DNA of 64,000 bases from an uncultured Candidatus Saccharibacteria bacterium (GTDB lineage: Bacteria; Patescibacteriota; WWE3; UBA101185; UBA10185), in NCBI GenBank assembly GCA_964490125.1, contig CAZBAJ010000003.1:33941-97940 (forward strand), written 5' to 3'. Below are positions 1 through 9,705 of this stretch, in pieces. Position 1 is the stretch's first letter, and each line of letters starts with the position of its first letter. The position numbers were made by a program, and so were the translations under genes. A model generated the notes under the pieces. The model was not told the origin of the DNA. It searched no databases and worked only from the letters and a program-made list of their open reading frames with translations.

Positions 1-346
1 TCTCAATGATTTTTGTATAGCCCAGCGATTTTAGCAGAAAATAAATTTTGGAAAATAAACCTTTATTGGGCAACTCTAGCACAAGTTTAAAACATCGTTT
101 AACATCCTGTGGACGGGTAAAAAGGTACGCCAGTCCGCCCAAAAAGTCGCCAAACTTAAGTCGTCTATAAACTGCATGACTTAAAACCGTGCTTGATGTG
201 CTTCCTGTGGCTTTACTAAGGGACAAAACCGTAATATCCAGGTTTCCCCAGTCAACAAGTTTAGAAATTTCCCGCTCAATAAAAGTTTCGCTAATTCGAG
301 GAAATTCCGGTACAAAGTATAAAACCCGTTTTTTCCCGTCTTTCAT
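1..346 (-). CDS. Putative glycosyltransferase, N-terminal fragment; gene runs off the left edge of the window
   Basis: Minus-strand ATG at 346-344 opens a frame that runs to position 1 (MKDGKKRVLYFVPEFPRISETFIEREISKLVDWG...). The product call is weak pattern recognition only. The + strand ORF 189-380 that overlaps it was judged spurious. Confidence 0.3.
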   Translation of the reverse strand, partial: MKDGKKRVLYFVPEFPRISETFIEREISKLVDWGNLDITVLSLSKATGSTSSTVLSHAVYRRLKFGDFLGGLAYLFTRPQDVKRCFKLVLELPNKGLFSKIYFLLKSLGYTKIIE

Positions 347-389
347 GTCGTCATTATGCAATTTTTTAGGAATGATGTAAAATGCACTT

Positions 390-599
390 ATGGACGATAT
401 GTTGTTAAGGAGAATAGATATAAATCCAAATATTTTAATGGGTAGACCAGTGATTTCCGGTACCCGCATTCCAGTCTCTGTGGTATTGGATCTGCTTTCC
501 AACGACTTAGAACCCAATGAAATCATCGCTACCTATCCGGATTTGACTTTAAGAGACATTAAGGCTGCTGTATTTTTTGGTTCCAAATTAGCGTTTTAA
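390..599 (+). CDS. DUF433 domain protein (antitoxin-like small protein)
   Basis: 69 aa; the 'GRPVISGTRIPVSVVLDLL...EIIATYPDLTLRDIKAAVFF' pattern is characteristic of the DUF433 family. Confidence 0.6.
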   Translation: MDDMLLRRIDINPNILMGRPVISGTRIPVSVVLDLLSNDLEPNEIIATYPDLTLRDIKAAVFFGSKLAF

Positions 600-651
600 T
601 GATTGCATTCAAAATTTTGTGCGAAGGTTGGTGTTAAGGTAGAATCTGTTT

Positions 652-864
652 ATGAGCCATTATCTATGGGACTACGATGAAGAGGAGCTTAAAAAATCGC
701 ATTCAGGGCGACTGAAAATACTGGAGCGTAAAATAAACTACGGTCCTCCCAAGGGTGAAAAAATTAGCAGATCGGAAGTAAAAAAGTATTGGGATGAGCT
801 TGCGCCAAATTTATTTGAACCCCAAAAGGAGCTATTTAAATCTTTACTATGGTCAAAGAACTGA
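652..864 (+). CDS. Small protein upstream of, and overlapping, an AbiEii-like nucleotidyltransferase; putative cognate partner
   Basis: 70 aa ORF whose end overlaps the start of the next gene by 16 nt. It has a paralog with the same position and a shared WDY...KxW motif at 26507-26776. Confidence 0.35.
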   Translation: MSHYLWDYDEEELKKSHSGRLKILERKINYGPPKGEKISRSEVKKYWDELAPNLFEPQKELFKSLLWSKN

Positions 865-1502
865 CACTGCAGATGGAAGATTTTCTTAAGGAGTTTTCCC
901 AGCACTCCAAACTAGCAAATAAGTTTTACTTTACTGGCGGTACGGCATTAGCTTATTACTACCTTCATCACAGAGTGTCTGTTGATCTGGATTTTTTTAG
1001 TACTGACAAGATTGAGCCACAGGAAACCTTAAATTTTGTAACCGCGTGGTCCCAAAACCGTGGCGCTATTTTAAATACAAGAGAGGTCGGTGATGTTCAG
1101 ATTTACGAAATGCGGTTTCCAAACGATTACACCCTTAAAGTAGATTTTGCCCACTATCCTTACAAGCAAATTGAGCCGACAAACTTGTTTGACGGGATAA
1201 TGGTGGATAGTAAAAAAGACATTGCAGTAAACAAGGTGGTGGCAGTAAGTCAGCGGACTGATGTAAAGGACTTTGTGGATCTGTACTATCTGCTAAAGGA
1301 ATATTCCATTTACAATTTGCACGAGCTTTCCAACATCAAATTTAGGCGTGACTACGATTTAATGCTACTGGCGTCTGACTTAACAAAGATTAAGCACTTT
1401 GATTATTTACCCAAAATGCTGACGGATTTAACACTGGATGAATTGAAGATTTTTTATCTCGATTTGTGGAACAATGTCGGAGGTCACGCTACTGATTTTT
1501 AG
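849..1502 (+). CDS. Nucleotidyltransferase of the AbiEii/AbiGii toxin family (DUF1814-like)
   Basis: Motif 'FYFTGGTALAYYYLHHRVSVDLDFF' is typical of AbiEii-type nucleotidyltransferases. Paralog at 26721-27377. Confidence 0.65.
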   Translation: MVKELTLQMEDFLKEFSQHSKLANKFYFTGGTALAYYYLHHRVSVDLDFFSTDKIEPQETLNFVTAWSQNRGAILNTREVGDVQIYEMRFPNDYTLKVDFAHYPYKQIEPTNLFDGIMVDSKKDIAVNKVVAVSQRTDVKDFVDLYYLLKEYSIYNLHELSNIKFRRDYDLMLLASDLTKIKHFDYLPKMLTDLTLDELKIFYLDLWNNVGGHATDF

Positions 1503-1510
1503 CCCATTCG

Positions 1511-2122
1511 TTATAAGAAGGTTTCGAACACCATGCTTTTAGTTTTTAGCAATAAGTCCTTTGTAAAATCCTCGCACATCCGTTTATTGTCGACAAAATA
1601 AAGCTTTAGTAGCTTTAGGAAAAAGCTGTGGGTAACGCAAAGAATTTTTTGTTGCTGATATTCCGTAAGTTCCTCTTCAAGTCCGCGTAACTGATTCAAA
1701 CCATCGTCTAGGGTTTTGGGTGCAGTACCGTCTAAAAAATGCTTTACTCTGGCTTCTTTTAGGTCCAATTTATTTTCTGAAAGCGCAGTTAAAAACCCAC
1801 CCTCGCTTATCATGGACGCGGGATTCCAAAACATCTCTGCTAGACTTTTGTTGACTTTAATTGGTGCATCAATATTAAAAACACTTTTTAAAACAGTCGC
1901 TGTTTCTTCGGTTCGCTTAAGTGGACTTGTTAGGATAAGTTCTGTGTTGGCAAAAGCATCTTTGGCGTATATTTTTCGAGCTTCATCTGCAAGATCTGCG
2001 TTTATTGATGGATCAACTTTTCCGAGTGAAAGTTCGACGAAAGCCTGGTAGGAGATATTTCTACCGTCCAAATAAGGACTTTCTAACTTGTGGTAGTGTC
2101 TTATAAATTTTATTATTTTCAC
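1511..2122 (-). CDS. Histidine phosphatase superfamily protein (phosphoglycerate mutase-like)
   Basis: N-terminal 'IRHYH' matches the RHG-type catalytic motif and there is a C-terminal 'VTHSFF' histidine motif. Confidence 0.5.
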   Translation of the reverse strand: MKIIKFIRHYHKLESPYLDGRNISYQAFVELSLGKVDPSINADLADEARKIYAKDAFANTELILTSPLKRTEETATVLKSVFNIDAPIKVNKSLAEMFWNPASMISEGGFLTALSENKLDLKEARVKHFLDGTAPKTLDDGLNQLRGLEEELTEYQQQKILCVTHSFFLKLLKLYFVDNKRMCEDFTKDLLLKTKSMVFETFL

Positions 2123-2134
2123 TCTAACTGATTA

Positions 2135-2410
2135 TTACTTTTTCCACCTCTTTAAGGACGGAATATCCTTGGTTAGGTATTTTGCGACAAAGCCTGGGAA
2201 GTGCATTTCCCTAAGTCGCCCCACGCACAGTTCCTGCATTTGTTTTACATCTATGTTCGGGTTGGTAAAATCACCGTTTTGAAAACAAAAACTGCAATAT
2301 TCTGTATTCTTTGAGTCGTCTTTATTAGTTCCATTTCCTTTTGGATCTTTCAGCATCGGCATCCCGCAACTTTGGCAATATGGACCTTTTGGTTTGAGCA
2401 TGATTTCCAC
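2135..2410 (-). CDS. Zinc-ribbon domain small protein
   Basis: 91 aa with 'CQSCGMP...DP.G.GTN.D.S...YCSFCFQNG.FTNP' and a C-terminal 'IPSLKRW', a widespread Cys4 zinc-ribbon family pattern. Confidence 0.45.
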   Translation of the reverse strand: MEIMLKPKGPYCQSCGMPMLKDPKGNGTNKDDSKNTEYCSFCFQNGDFTNPNIDVKQMQELCVGRLREMHFPGFVAKYLTKDIPSLKRWKK

Positions 2411-2432
2411 CTCCTTTGGAACTTTTTTCTAA

Positions 2433-3797
2433 CTATTTCCCATTCCGTAAAATAGCCGAGGAGACAATATCCCCGTCCTCTGTATAGCCGTTGGTGCGTT
2501 TGCCTACCGCAAAATAGGTAAAGCCGGTGGATTCCACAGCTTTTTGGTCAAGCAGGTTTCTAGCGTCAAACAACAATTTGCCACGCATTAGTTCTTTGGT
2601 TTTAGTCAAGTCCAGCTTTTTAAATTGCTCCCACTCGGTAAAAATACACAAGGCGTCCGCTTCTTTTATTGCGTCATACTCATCTTTGGCGTAGTAAATT
2701 GCGTCAACACCTAAAACTTTTTTAGTATTTTCCATGGCGGCAGGATCGTACACTCGTAACTTAGCTCCATGACCACGCAACATCCTAATCATTTTAATTG
2801 CGCCGGATTCCCTAATGTCGTCCGTATCATTCTTAAATGCCAAACCCAGCACGGCAAAAGTATAGTCGCTTAAATTGTCGCCCATAGCCTTGGTAATTTT
2901 CTTCATAAAGTTATTTTTTTGGAGTTCATTGACTTCCATAACGGAGCGTAAAAGCTTAAAGTCGTACGCCTGATCCGTGGAAGTTTTGTACAAAGCGGCT
3001 ACATCTTTGGGAAAACAGCTTCCGCCATAACCTACCCCGGTAGCATTTAAGAACGCGCGACCAATGCGTTTATCCAAACCTACGCCGTCCGCCACGATTT
3101 GGACATTAGCGCCAGCCCGTTCGCACAGCTGACCAATTTCGTTAATAAAGGAAATCTTGGTTGCTAAAAGCGCGTTTGAGGCATATTTAATCATTTCCGC
3201 GCTCCTTAAGTCGCACTCAACCATTGGTGCGTTAAAGTCTTTATACAGCTCCCGCATTATTTTTAACGCTCGCTCGCTTTTTGTTCCTACAACAGTCCGG
3301 TTGGTGTTTTTCATATCCTCAATAGCCACGCCTTCCCGTAAAAACTCTGGGTTAGAAACCACATCAAACTCCCCGCCTTTTGGCATATTTTCTTGGACGA
3401 CATGCTCAACGCGTTCGTTAGTTCCTACAGGTACGGTGCTTTTAGTCACAATAATTTTGTAACCATTAAGATTAAGCCCAATTTCTTTTGCTACATCCAT
3501 AACTGCAGTAAGATCCGCCGCGCCCACATCGTTCATAGGTGTACCCACGCAAATAAAAATTACATCCGACTCTTTAACGCCGTCCGCCGTAGAAGTAGTA
3601 AATTTTAGTCGACCTTGTTTGACGTTTTTAAGAACGATTTCATCCAGACCAGGTTCGTAAATCGGCATAACGCCCTGCAAGATCTTACTGATTTTTTCCT
3701 GATCTTTGTCCACACCAACAACCGTATGGCCTTTGTCGGCAAAAATAGCCGCGCCAACTAACCCAACATAACCTGTACCAATTACACAAATCTTCAT
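2433..3797 (-). CDS. ugd: UDP-glucose 6-dehydrogenase (nucleotide-sugar dehydrogenase)
   Basis: N-terminal Rossmann fold 'MKICVIGTGYVGLV' and catalytic-Cys motif 'GYGGSCFPKD'. Length 454 aa. Confidence 0.85.
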   Translation of the reverse strand: MKICVIGTGYVGLVGAAIFADKGHTVVGVDKDQEKISKILQGVMPIYEPGLDEIVLKNVKQGRLKFTTSTADGVKESDVIFICVGTPMNDVGAADLTAVMDVAKEIGLNLNGYKIIVTKSTVPVGTNERVEHVVQENMPKGGEFDVVSNPEFLREGVAIEDMKNTNRTVVGTKSERALKIMRELYKDFNAPMVECDLRSAEMIKYASNALLATKISFINEIGQLCERAGANVQIVADGVGLDKRIGRAFLNATGVGYGGSCFPKDVAALYKTSTDQAYDFKLLRSVMEVNELQKNNFMKKITKAMGDNLSDYTFAVLGLAFKNDTDDIRESGAIKMIRMLRGHGAKLRVYDPAAMENTKKVLGVDAIYYAKDEYDAIKEADALCIFTEWEQFKKLDLTKTKELMRGKLLFDARNLLDQKAVESTGFTYFAVGKRTNGYTEDGDIVSSAILRNGK

Positions 3798-3801
3798 AGT
3801 C

Positions 3802-4602
3802 TTATTTTAAGTCGGCTTCGCCTTTTGAGTTCGCTTTGGTAGCGACAGGCTTGCCGTAGGCTCCCTTTAAGCCTAAAATTTTAATTCGCAAAACATCACG
3901 CGCCATTTTATAGGAATCCACTAGCGGATTAAGTCTTGTAGTCTTTGCAAAAACCCACTTAACCGGTACTTCTTTTATTTTGTAACCCAGCGTTTTTGCA
4001 ATAAATAAGACCTCCACATCAAATGCGCCCAAAAACGCGCTTGTAAGTTTTTTAGTATTTTCGCCGTAAACTATAAGATTGGAAAAAATGGTTTTGGCAA
4101 CCTGACTTTTATATAATTTAAAGCCACATTGTGAGTCCTGTATACCCTTTAACGCCAGAGTTTGGACGACGATATTAAACACTCTACCCATGACATGCCT
4201 GTAAATAGGCTCGCCTTCCCGCTTTGCACCTAAGCCCTCACGGGAGGCAATTACAATATCGTAGTCGTTGTCAATAATCCAGTTGGCTAGGCGTTTAAGC
4301 TCGTCCATGGGCGTAGAAAGGTCACAATCTATAGTGTAAATATACTTGCCGTTGGACGCTAAAACGCCGGTTCTCACCGTGGGACCTTTGCCTTTATGGT
4401 CGTTTCTAATCAATTTTATTTCCGGATGATCTTTAATGTACGACTCCACGGAGTCGGCAGTTTTGTCTTTAGAACCATCATCCACCACAATAATTTCAAA
4501 AGCAGGGGCAAAGGTATTCATAAAAGACAAAACCTGGGTTAAGGTTTTTGTGGCACGCGATTCCTCGTTATACACAGGAATTACAATGGAATAGTCAATC
4601 AT
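3802..4602 (-). CDS. GT2 glycosyltransferase (polyprenol-phosphate glucosyl/mannosyl-transferase-like)
   Basis: 'IVIPVYNEE', 'VVDDGSKD' and a DxD motif 'IDCDL', typical of DPG/DPM-synthase-like GT2 enzymes. Confidence 0.75.
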   Translation of the reverse strand: MIDYSIVIPVYNEESRATKTLTQVLSFMNTFAPAFEIIVVDDGSKDKTADSVESYIKDHPEIKLIRNDHKGKGPTVRTGVLASNGKYIYTIDCDLSTPMDELKRLANWIIDNDYDIVIASREGLGAKREGEPIYRHVMGRVFNIVVQTLALKGIQDSQCGFKLYKSQVAKTIFSNLIVYGENTKKLTSAFLGAFDVEVLFIAKTLGYKIKEVPVKWVFAKTTRLNPLVDSYKMARDVLRIKILGLKGAYGKPVATKANSKGEADLK

Positions 4603-4613
4603 AATAGTTTATT

Positions 4614-5744
4614 TTACTCCTTTTTCTCACTTTGTCGCCAAATCAATTTACTGTAAACCAAGTAGTTCCATACAAGTCCCAACAAAATACCAATTCCAAA
4701 TCCGGTGTTTGCCACAACAAAAGTATTGCCCAACGCTTTTACAAACAAGTCCACTAGCTGGCTTCTAAATAAAATAGGTATTAGGGACGACGCGCCGTAA
4801 ACGGCGAATGTACCAATCAATTTGCCTATTCCAGTGATTTTTCGTTCTCCAAACGACCAAATATTATTTAGGGTAAAAGTAACTAACATGGCAAGAAAGC
4901 CGGAAACCACCGCGGAAAGCGACGAGTCAAACAAGGTAATTCTAAATATATTAAAAAGTCCCGTATCTACAGCCAGTCCGCACAAGCCCACCGCGCAAAA
5001 CCTAAAAAAGTTCTTATTCTCATTAATTCTAATAGAAAGCACCACTTTTAGGGAGTCCAGCGCGTTATTTTGTTCCATTTTAGAGTCGCCCAGGTCCCGC
5101 AAACCAAATGCAATGGGTACTTCCGCAATTTTTGCTCCCAGTTTGTACATTTTGTAGAGCAAATCTATTTTGTAGGCAAAGCCTTTGGAGCGCACGGACG
5201 ACAAATCAAGTCGGTCTAAATAGTTTCTAACGCGAGATGCTTTGTAACCGGAGGTAAAATCCGAGACCGTGTAAATACCCAAAACAACTTTGGAAAATAA
5301 GTTTCCGCCAACACTCCAAAATTTGCGATTTAAACCCCAGTCCTTAGGAATGGATCCGCCTTTAATAAAGCGGGAGCCTATAACATAGTCGTAACCTTCT
5401 TCCAGCTTTTTAATAAAGTTAGGAATTTCTTTAGGATCGTGCTGAAAATCCGCATCCATTTCCATAATTACATCTGCCCGCATATTTTGCATGGCGTGGT
5501 TAAAGGCGTAAATATACGCTCCACCCAACCCGGATTTTTCCTTTTCCATTAGCAAATGTACTCGTTCATTTTCTGTGGACATTTCCTGCACAAGCCCACC
5601 AGTTCCATCGGGTGAATTTCCGTCAACCACTAGAATATGGCAGTCATGCTGTGGAATTTTGTCGCACGACTCAAGTACCGCCGGAATTATCTTTACGATG
5701 TTTTGGGCTTCGTTATAAGTAGGTATAACAATAACAATTTTCAT
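4614..5744 (-). CDS. Polyprenol-phosphate mannose synthase-like GT2 fused to a C-terminal GtrA-like membrane domain
   Basis: 'VIVIPTYNEAQNI', 'VVDGNSPDGT' and 'MDADFQHDP' (DPM1-like), followed by four hydrophobic helices in a GtrA-like C-terminus. Confidence 0.75.
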   Translation of the reverse strand: MKIVIVIPTYNEAQNIVKIIPAVLESCDKIPQHDCHILVVDGNSPDGTGGLVQEMSTENERVHLLMEKEKSGLGGAYIYAFNHAMQNMRADVIMEMDADFQHDPKEIPNFIKKLEEGYDYVIGSRFIKGGSIPKDWGLNRKFWSVGGNLFSKVVLGIYTVSDFTSGYKASRVRNYLDRLDLSSVRSKGFAYKIDLLYKMYKLGAKIAEVPIAFGLRDLGDSKMEQNNALDSLKVVLSIRINENKNFFRFCAVGLCGLAVDTGLFNIFRITLFDSSLSAVVSGFLAMLVTFTLNNIWSFGERKITGIGKLIGTFAVYGASSLIPILFRSQLVDLFVKALGNTFVVANTGFGIGILLGLVWNYLVYSKLIWRQSEKKE

Positions 5745-5751
5745 AGTCGGA

Positions 5752-6009
5752 CTACCTTAAAGAAATGTTAACAAAGAGCAAGGCAAAAACAAAAAGTGAA
5801 AGCGTAATATATTCAAACGCAATATGCCAGCTCATCCTTTGTTCCATAAGTCCGTGTATTATACCCCAAGCGTTATAAAACACACAGCCAGCTACCGCGC
5901 ACCACATTTGGTACACGGGGTTGTTTCTAAAAAATAAAAAGAAAAATAAACACGACAAAAGTCCAAATACCAATATTAAATAGTGTGTAATATGCGCCTG
6001 ACTAGACAT
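5752..6009 (-). CDS. Small hydrophobic membrane protein
   Basis: 85 aa with two to three predicted transmembrane segments, co-directional and adjacent to the GT2 genes. Confidence 0.3.
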   Translation of the reverse strand: MSSQAHITHYLILVFGLLSCLFFFLFFRNNPVYQMWCAVAGCVFYNAWGIIHGLMEQRMSWHIAFEYITLSLFVFALLFVNISLR

Positions 6010-6975
6010 TTAGATAAGCCTCCCTGGTTCCAGAGAAAAATAAATTACCGCTACGGCAAAAATCAAAAACGCCATGTGCGCAAAGGTATGACCGGTAAGT
6101 TTTAAAATTGCGTGTTTTTTTGAATACCAAATATCCAGCGTAAATAGCGCAAACATAAAGCAGGAGAAACTAAGCGCTACAATTTTGGTTGCTAAATAAA
6201 CATCTATTTTTGGTGTTGGGGTATAAATTGGTTGACTTTGTAGACCTGTTTGACCGGGCTGACTAGGTTCGTTTGGCGATTGCTCTAAATGTTGACTAGT
6301 TGGTTCCATTGCGGATGGTACTGCTTCCGTTGGATTAATGTTCCCCTGTTCCAAAGGTCGGACAGCGTAATTATTTTCCGTACCCTTTACTGCCACCTGT
6401 GCGGGCGCATACCTGGGTTTACCAAACATCTGCACTACCAAAGTGGTTTCATAACCGTCCAAAACGCCATTTACTACCGCATAACCTACATCCGTATATT
6501 TTCCATTAATTAAATTTTCCCTATGGGACGGGGACTTATACCAGGCTTCCACTACATCTTTAGAATTGCTAAAATTTTTTGCCAAATTTTCTCCCGCGTA
6601 TAAGTAGTCGTAATCGACACCCACAATAAAACTCCACGGGTCTGTGCCGTCCGGGGCAACATGCGCCCAGTAATTATTTTTAAACATATGTTCCGCTTTT
6701 TTCTGGGCGGCTTTAGTAAGTTTAGGGTCTACCGTCAAACTGCCAACCCCGGCAACCTCCCGTCGGTCATTGGTGTATTTTAATAAGTCGCTCACATAAA
6801 TATTACTTGCGTAACCTAAAACTCCTGGTAAAACCCCATGCACACCTCTAAAAAAAGAAAAAATTGTTAAAATACCCAACGAATAGACAAAAACCGCGCG
6901 GTTACGCAGTAAAGTTGCACGGCGTTTATGCTGGGGGTGTGGCAAAATATGCTTTTTTAGGTGTTTAACAGGCAT
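6010..6975 (-). CDS. CAP/SCP/PR1-like domain protein with C-terminal membrane anchor
   Basis: 'NNYWAHVAPDG...GENLA...AWYKSPSHRENL' is CAP-domain-like. There is a low-complexity Pro/Gln linker and a C-terminal transmembrane segment. Confidence 0.55.
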   Translation of the reverse strand: MPVKHLKKHILPHPQHKRRATLLRNRAVFVYSLGILTIFSFFRGVHGVLPGVLGYASNIYVSDLLKYTNDRREVAGVGSLTVDPKLTKAAQKKAEHMFKNNYWAHVAPDGTDPWSFIVGVDYDYLYAGENLAKNFSNSKDVVEAWYKSPSHRENLINGKYTDVGYAVVNGVLDGYETTLVVQMFGKPRYAPAQVAVKGTENNYAVRPLEQGNINPTEAVPSAMEPTSQHLEQSPNEPSQPGQTGLQSQPIYTPTPKIDVYLATKIVALSFSCFMFALFTLDIWYSKKHAILKLTGHTFAHMAFLIFAVAVIYFSLEPGRLI

Positions 6976-7094
6976 TAGTTTTTATTATACACTCGCTTGC
7001 ACCAATTTTGACACCCCTTGACGAGTATGCTAATCTTAACCTTGCAAAACCCCCGAGTCGGCGGGTTTTTTCTGTCACAGGAGGCAATAAGACT

Positions 7095-7577
7095 ATGAGT
7101 CATACAGTTATTGACGACACAAAAAAGATTATTCTAACCCCGCAAGGTTTAGAAGAATTAAAAAAAGAACTTAAAGAGCTTACGGAAGTTAAGCGCGTAG
7201 AAGTGGTGCAAAAAATATCAGTTGCGCGTGATATGGGCGACTTTTCGGAAAACTCGGCCCTTGCTTCTGCACGGGAAGAACAGTCCTTTATAGAAGGTCG
7301 CATTGCGGAGCTTGAGGACATTATTAAAAACGCGGTGGTTTCCACCGGTACAAGAACTAAAGGGATAGTTGAGGTTGGGTGCAAAATTAAAGTTCATGTT
7401 GACGGGGAAGAAGAGGAATTTCATATGGTTGGCGCGCCGGAGGCAGATCCTAAAGTCAAAAAAATATCCTACGAATCCCCACTTGGCAAGGCGTTAATGG
7501 GTAAAAAAGTGGGCGACAAAGTAGAACTGGACGCTCCCGACGGTAAAATCGTTTACACAATCCTTTCTGTAAGCTAA
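7095..7577 (+). CDS. greA: Transcription elongation factor GreA
   Basis: Coiled-coil N-terminus plus 'DMGDFSENSALASAREEQ...EGRIAELE' and a C-terminal FKBP-like domain. RBS 'CAGGAGG' at 7076-7082 supports the ATG at 7095; the longer ORF from 7008 is rejected. Confidence 0.8.
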   Translation: MSHTVIDDTKKIILTPQGLEELKKELKELTEVKRVEVVQKISVARDMGDFSENSALASAREEQSFIEGRIAELEDIIKNAVVSTGTRTKGIVEVGCKIKVHVDGEEEEFHMVGAPEADPKVKKISYESPLGKALMGKKVGDKVELDAPDGKIVYTILSVS

Positions 7578-7586
7578 AATCAGCGC

Positions 7587-9083
7587 ATGTCAACGCTAAA
7601 AGATTTGCGAAATTCTCGGTTGGAAAAGTTGGAAAAGTTAAAGAGTTTGGGTGTAGATTGTTACCCTGCAAAATCGTACAGAAATACAGAAGTTGGCAAA
7701 ATAATTGGCGACTTTCAGAGTTACGAGGGTAAGGAGGTTATAGTGGCAGGACGGGTGGTTTCTTTACGAAGTCACGGTTCTATTGTTTTTGTTGATTTAA
7801 AAGACGCTAGCGGAAAAATCCAAATACTGGTTAAAAGGGAGAATATTAGTCAGCCGGACTATTCAAAGTCGATGCTTGCTTTTGACGACTTGAGTTTGGT
7901 AGACGAGGGCGATTTTATTGAAATCTGCGGTCAGGTAATAAAGAGCCAAAGGGGAGAAGTTTCTGTTGAGGCAAAGCAGGTTAGAATACTAACCAAAGCA
8001 ATTCGTCCAATGCCTGGGTCTTGGGATGGACTTAAGGATAAGGAAACCAGACTTCGTCGTCGCTATTTAGACACAAACCTAAATCCGGAAGTTTATCAGC
8101 GATATTTGCGTCGCGCAAAATTTTGGGAAGCTCACAGGGAGTTCTTTAAGAAGCATGGATTTTATGAAATTAATATCCCCGTTCTAGAATTAGTGCCTGG
8201 TGGAGCGGATGCCAACCCTTTTATTACGCATATGGACTCTATCGATCAGGATTTTTATTTACGCATTTCCCAAGAACTTTATTTAAAGCGACTTATTGGA
8301 GGTGGGTACGAAAAGGTTTACGAGATAGGTCCGCGGTTTAGAAACGAGGGTATGTCCGATGAGCACTTGCCGGAACACATCGCTATGGAGTTCTACTGGG
8401 CGTACGCGGATTATAACGATGGGATGGAGTTTATTCGGGAGCTTTTTAGATATGTTGCCCAACAAGTTTACGGGACTTTAAAATTTAAGATGCGGGGTTT
8501 TGAGGTCGACTTGGGCGCGGATTGGGAAAAGATCGATTATGTACAGATAATGAAAGATAAGACTGGGTTGGATGTTCTAAATCCGGACGATGGGAAGATT
8601 CAGGAAGTTTTAAAGTCGTACAAGATAAGGTTACCTAAGTACACAACATCCCGAGCGACCGATCATATCTGGAAAGAATTGCGTAAAGAAATTGCTGGAC
8701 CGGCTTTTATTGTGGGGGAGCCAAAAGCTTTATCGCCCCTGGCTAAGAGCGACCCGGTAAATCCATTAATTACGCAAAGATTCCACCCAATACTGGCTGG
8801 AAGCGAGCTGGGGAACGCTTTTTCCGAGCTTAACGATCCGCAGGATCAACTAGCAAGGTTCCGTGAACAGCAGTCATTACGTGAATCAGGCGACGCGGAG
8901 GCTCAATTTTTGGATATTGACTTTGTAGAGATGCTTGAGTATGGCATGCCCCCAACTTTTGGCTACGGTCACTCCGAGCGCGTCTTTTGGTTCTTTGAGG
9001 ATGTGTCTGCTAAAGAAGGTGTGCCATTTCCACAGTTAAAATATGAATTAGACGAGTCCACTAAAGAGATTTACGGGTTGTAA
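7587..9083 (+). CDS. lysS: Lysine--tRNA ligase (class II)
   Basis: OB-fold N-terminus and class II motif 2 'FYLRISQELYLKRLIGGGYEKVYEIGPRFRNEG'. 498 aa. Confidence 0.9.
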   Translation: MSTLKDLRNSRLEKLEKLKSLGVDCYPAKSYRNTEVGKIIGDFQSYEGKEVIVAGRVVSLRSHGSIVFVDLKDASGKIQILVKRENISQPDYSKSMLAFDDLSLVDEGDFIEICGQVIKSQRGEVSVEAKQVRILTKAIRPMPGSWDGLKDKETRLRRRYLDTNLNPEVYQRYLRRAKFWEAHREFFKKHGFYEINIPVLELVPGGADANPFITHMDSIDQDFYLRISQELYLKRLIGGGYEKVYEIGPRFRNEGMSDEHLPEHIAMEFYWAYADYNDGMEFIRELFRYVAQQVYGTLKFKMRGFEVDLGADWEKIDYVQIMKDKTGLDVLNPDDGKIQEVLKSYKIRLPKYTTSRATDHIWKELRKEIAGPAFIVGEPKALSPLAKSDPVNPLITQRFHPILAGSELGNAFSELNDPQDQLARFREQQSLRESGDAEAQFLDIDFVEMLEYGMPPTFGYGHSERVFWFFEDVSAKEGVPFPQLKYELDESTKEIYGL

Positions 9084-9102
9084 CAATTAAGAAAGGAAAA
9101 AT

Positions 9103-9705
9103 ATGTTTACCAAACAAAACGCGTTGGATTTATTGCACGAGCACATGCAAAATCAAAATTTAAGAAGGCATTGTTACGCGGTCGGTAAGGTTTTGTCGGC
9201 TCTGTACGACTATTACAAGCAAAAAGGCGTGCCAGCTAATTTTGTCGACATGGGAACCTTGTCTAAGGAAGAATGGGAGATCGTGGGTATTTTACACGAC
9301 GCAGATTGGGAGATTACGGCAAAAGACGAGTCAAACCATACAAAACTGTTGCTTGACTGGGTAAAGGATAAAGATTTGCCGGAAGAAATGGTAAATGTAT
9401 TTAAGTCGCACAATAACAAGATAACGGGTTTGCGCGAGCCCCAAACATTATTAGAATGGACTTTAGAGTGTTTGGATGAACTTACCGGATTTATTGTTGC
9501 CGTGGCGTTAATGATGCCCGGCAAAACCCTGGCGGAAGTTTCCGTAGAAAGTGTTATTAAAAAGTTTGCCAAAAAAGACTTTGCCAAGGCGGTAAACAGG
9601 GAGCAAATTACCCAATGTGAGCAAAAGTTGGGGATTTCCGTACCGGAGTTTGTAGAGCTGACGCTTAAAGCCATGCAAACCGAGCACGAGCTTTTAGGGC
9701 TTTAG
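9103..9705 (+). CDS. HD/HDIG-domain phosphohydrolase
   Basis: 'RRHCYAV' and 'ILHDADWE' are HD-motif-like. 200 aa. Confidence 0.5.
   Translation: MFTKQNALDLLHEHMQNQNLRRHCYAVGKVLSALYDYYKQKGVPANFVDMGTLSKEEWEIVGILHDADWEITAKDESNHTKLLLDWVKDKDLPEEMVNVFKSHNNKITGLREPQTLLEWTLECLDELTGFIVAVALMMPGKTLAEVSVESVIKKFAKKDFAKAVNREQITQCEQKLGISVPEFVELTLKAMQTEHELLGL

Noticed and set aside
189-380. ORF 189-380 (+), 63 aa
   Set aside because: It overlaps the better-supported minus-strand N-terminal fragment of a glycosyltransferase-like gene that runs off the window edge. It has no motif.
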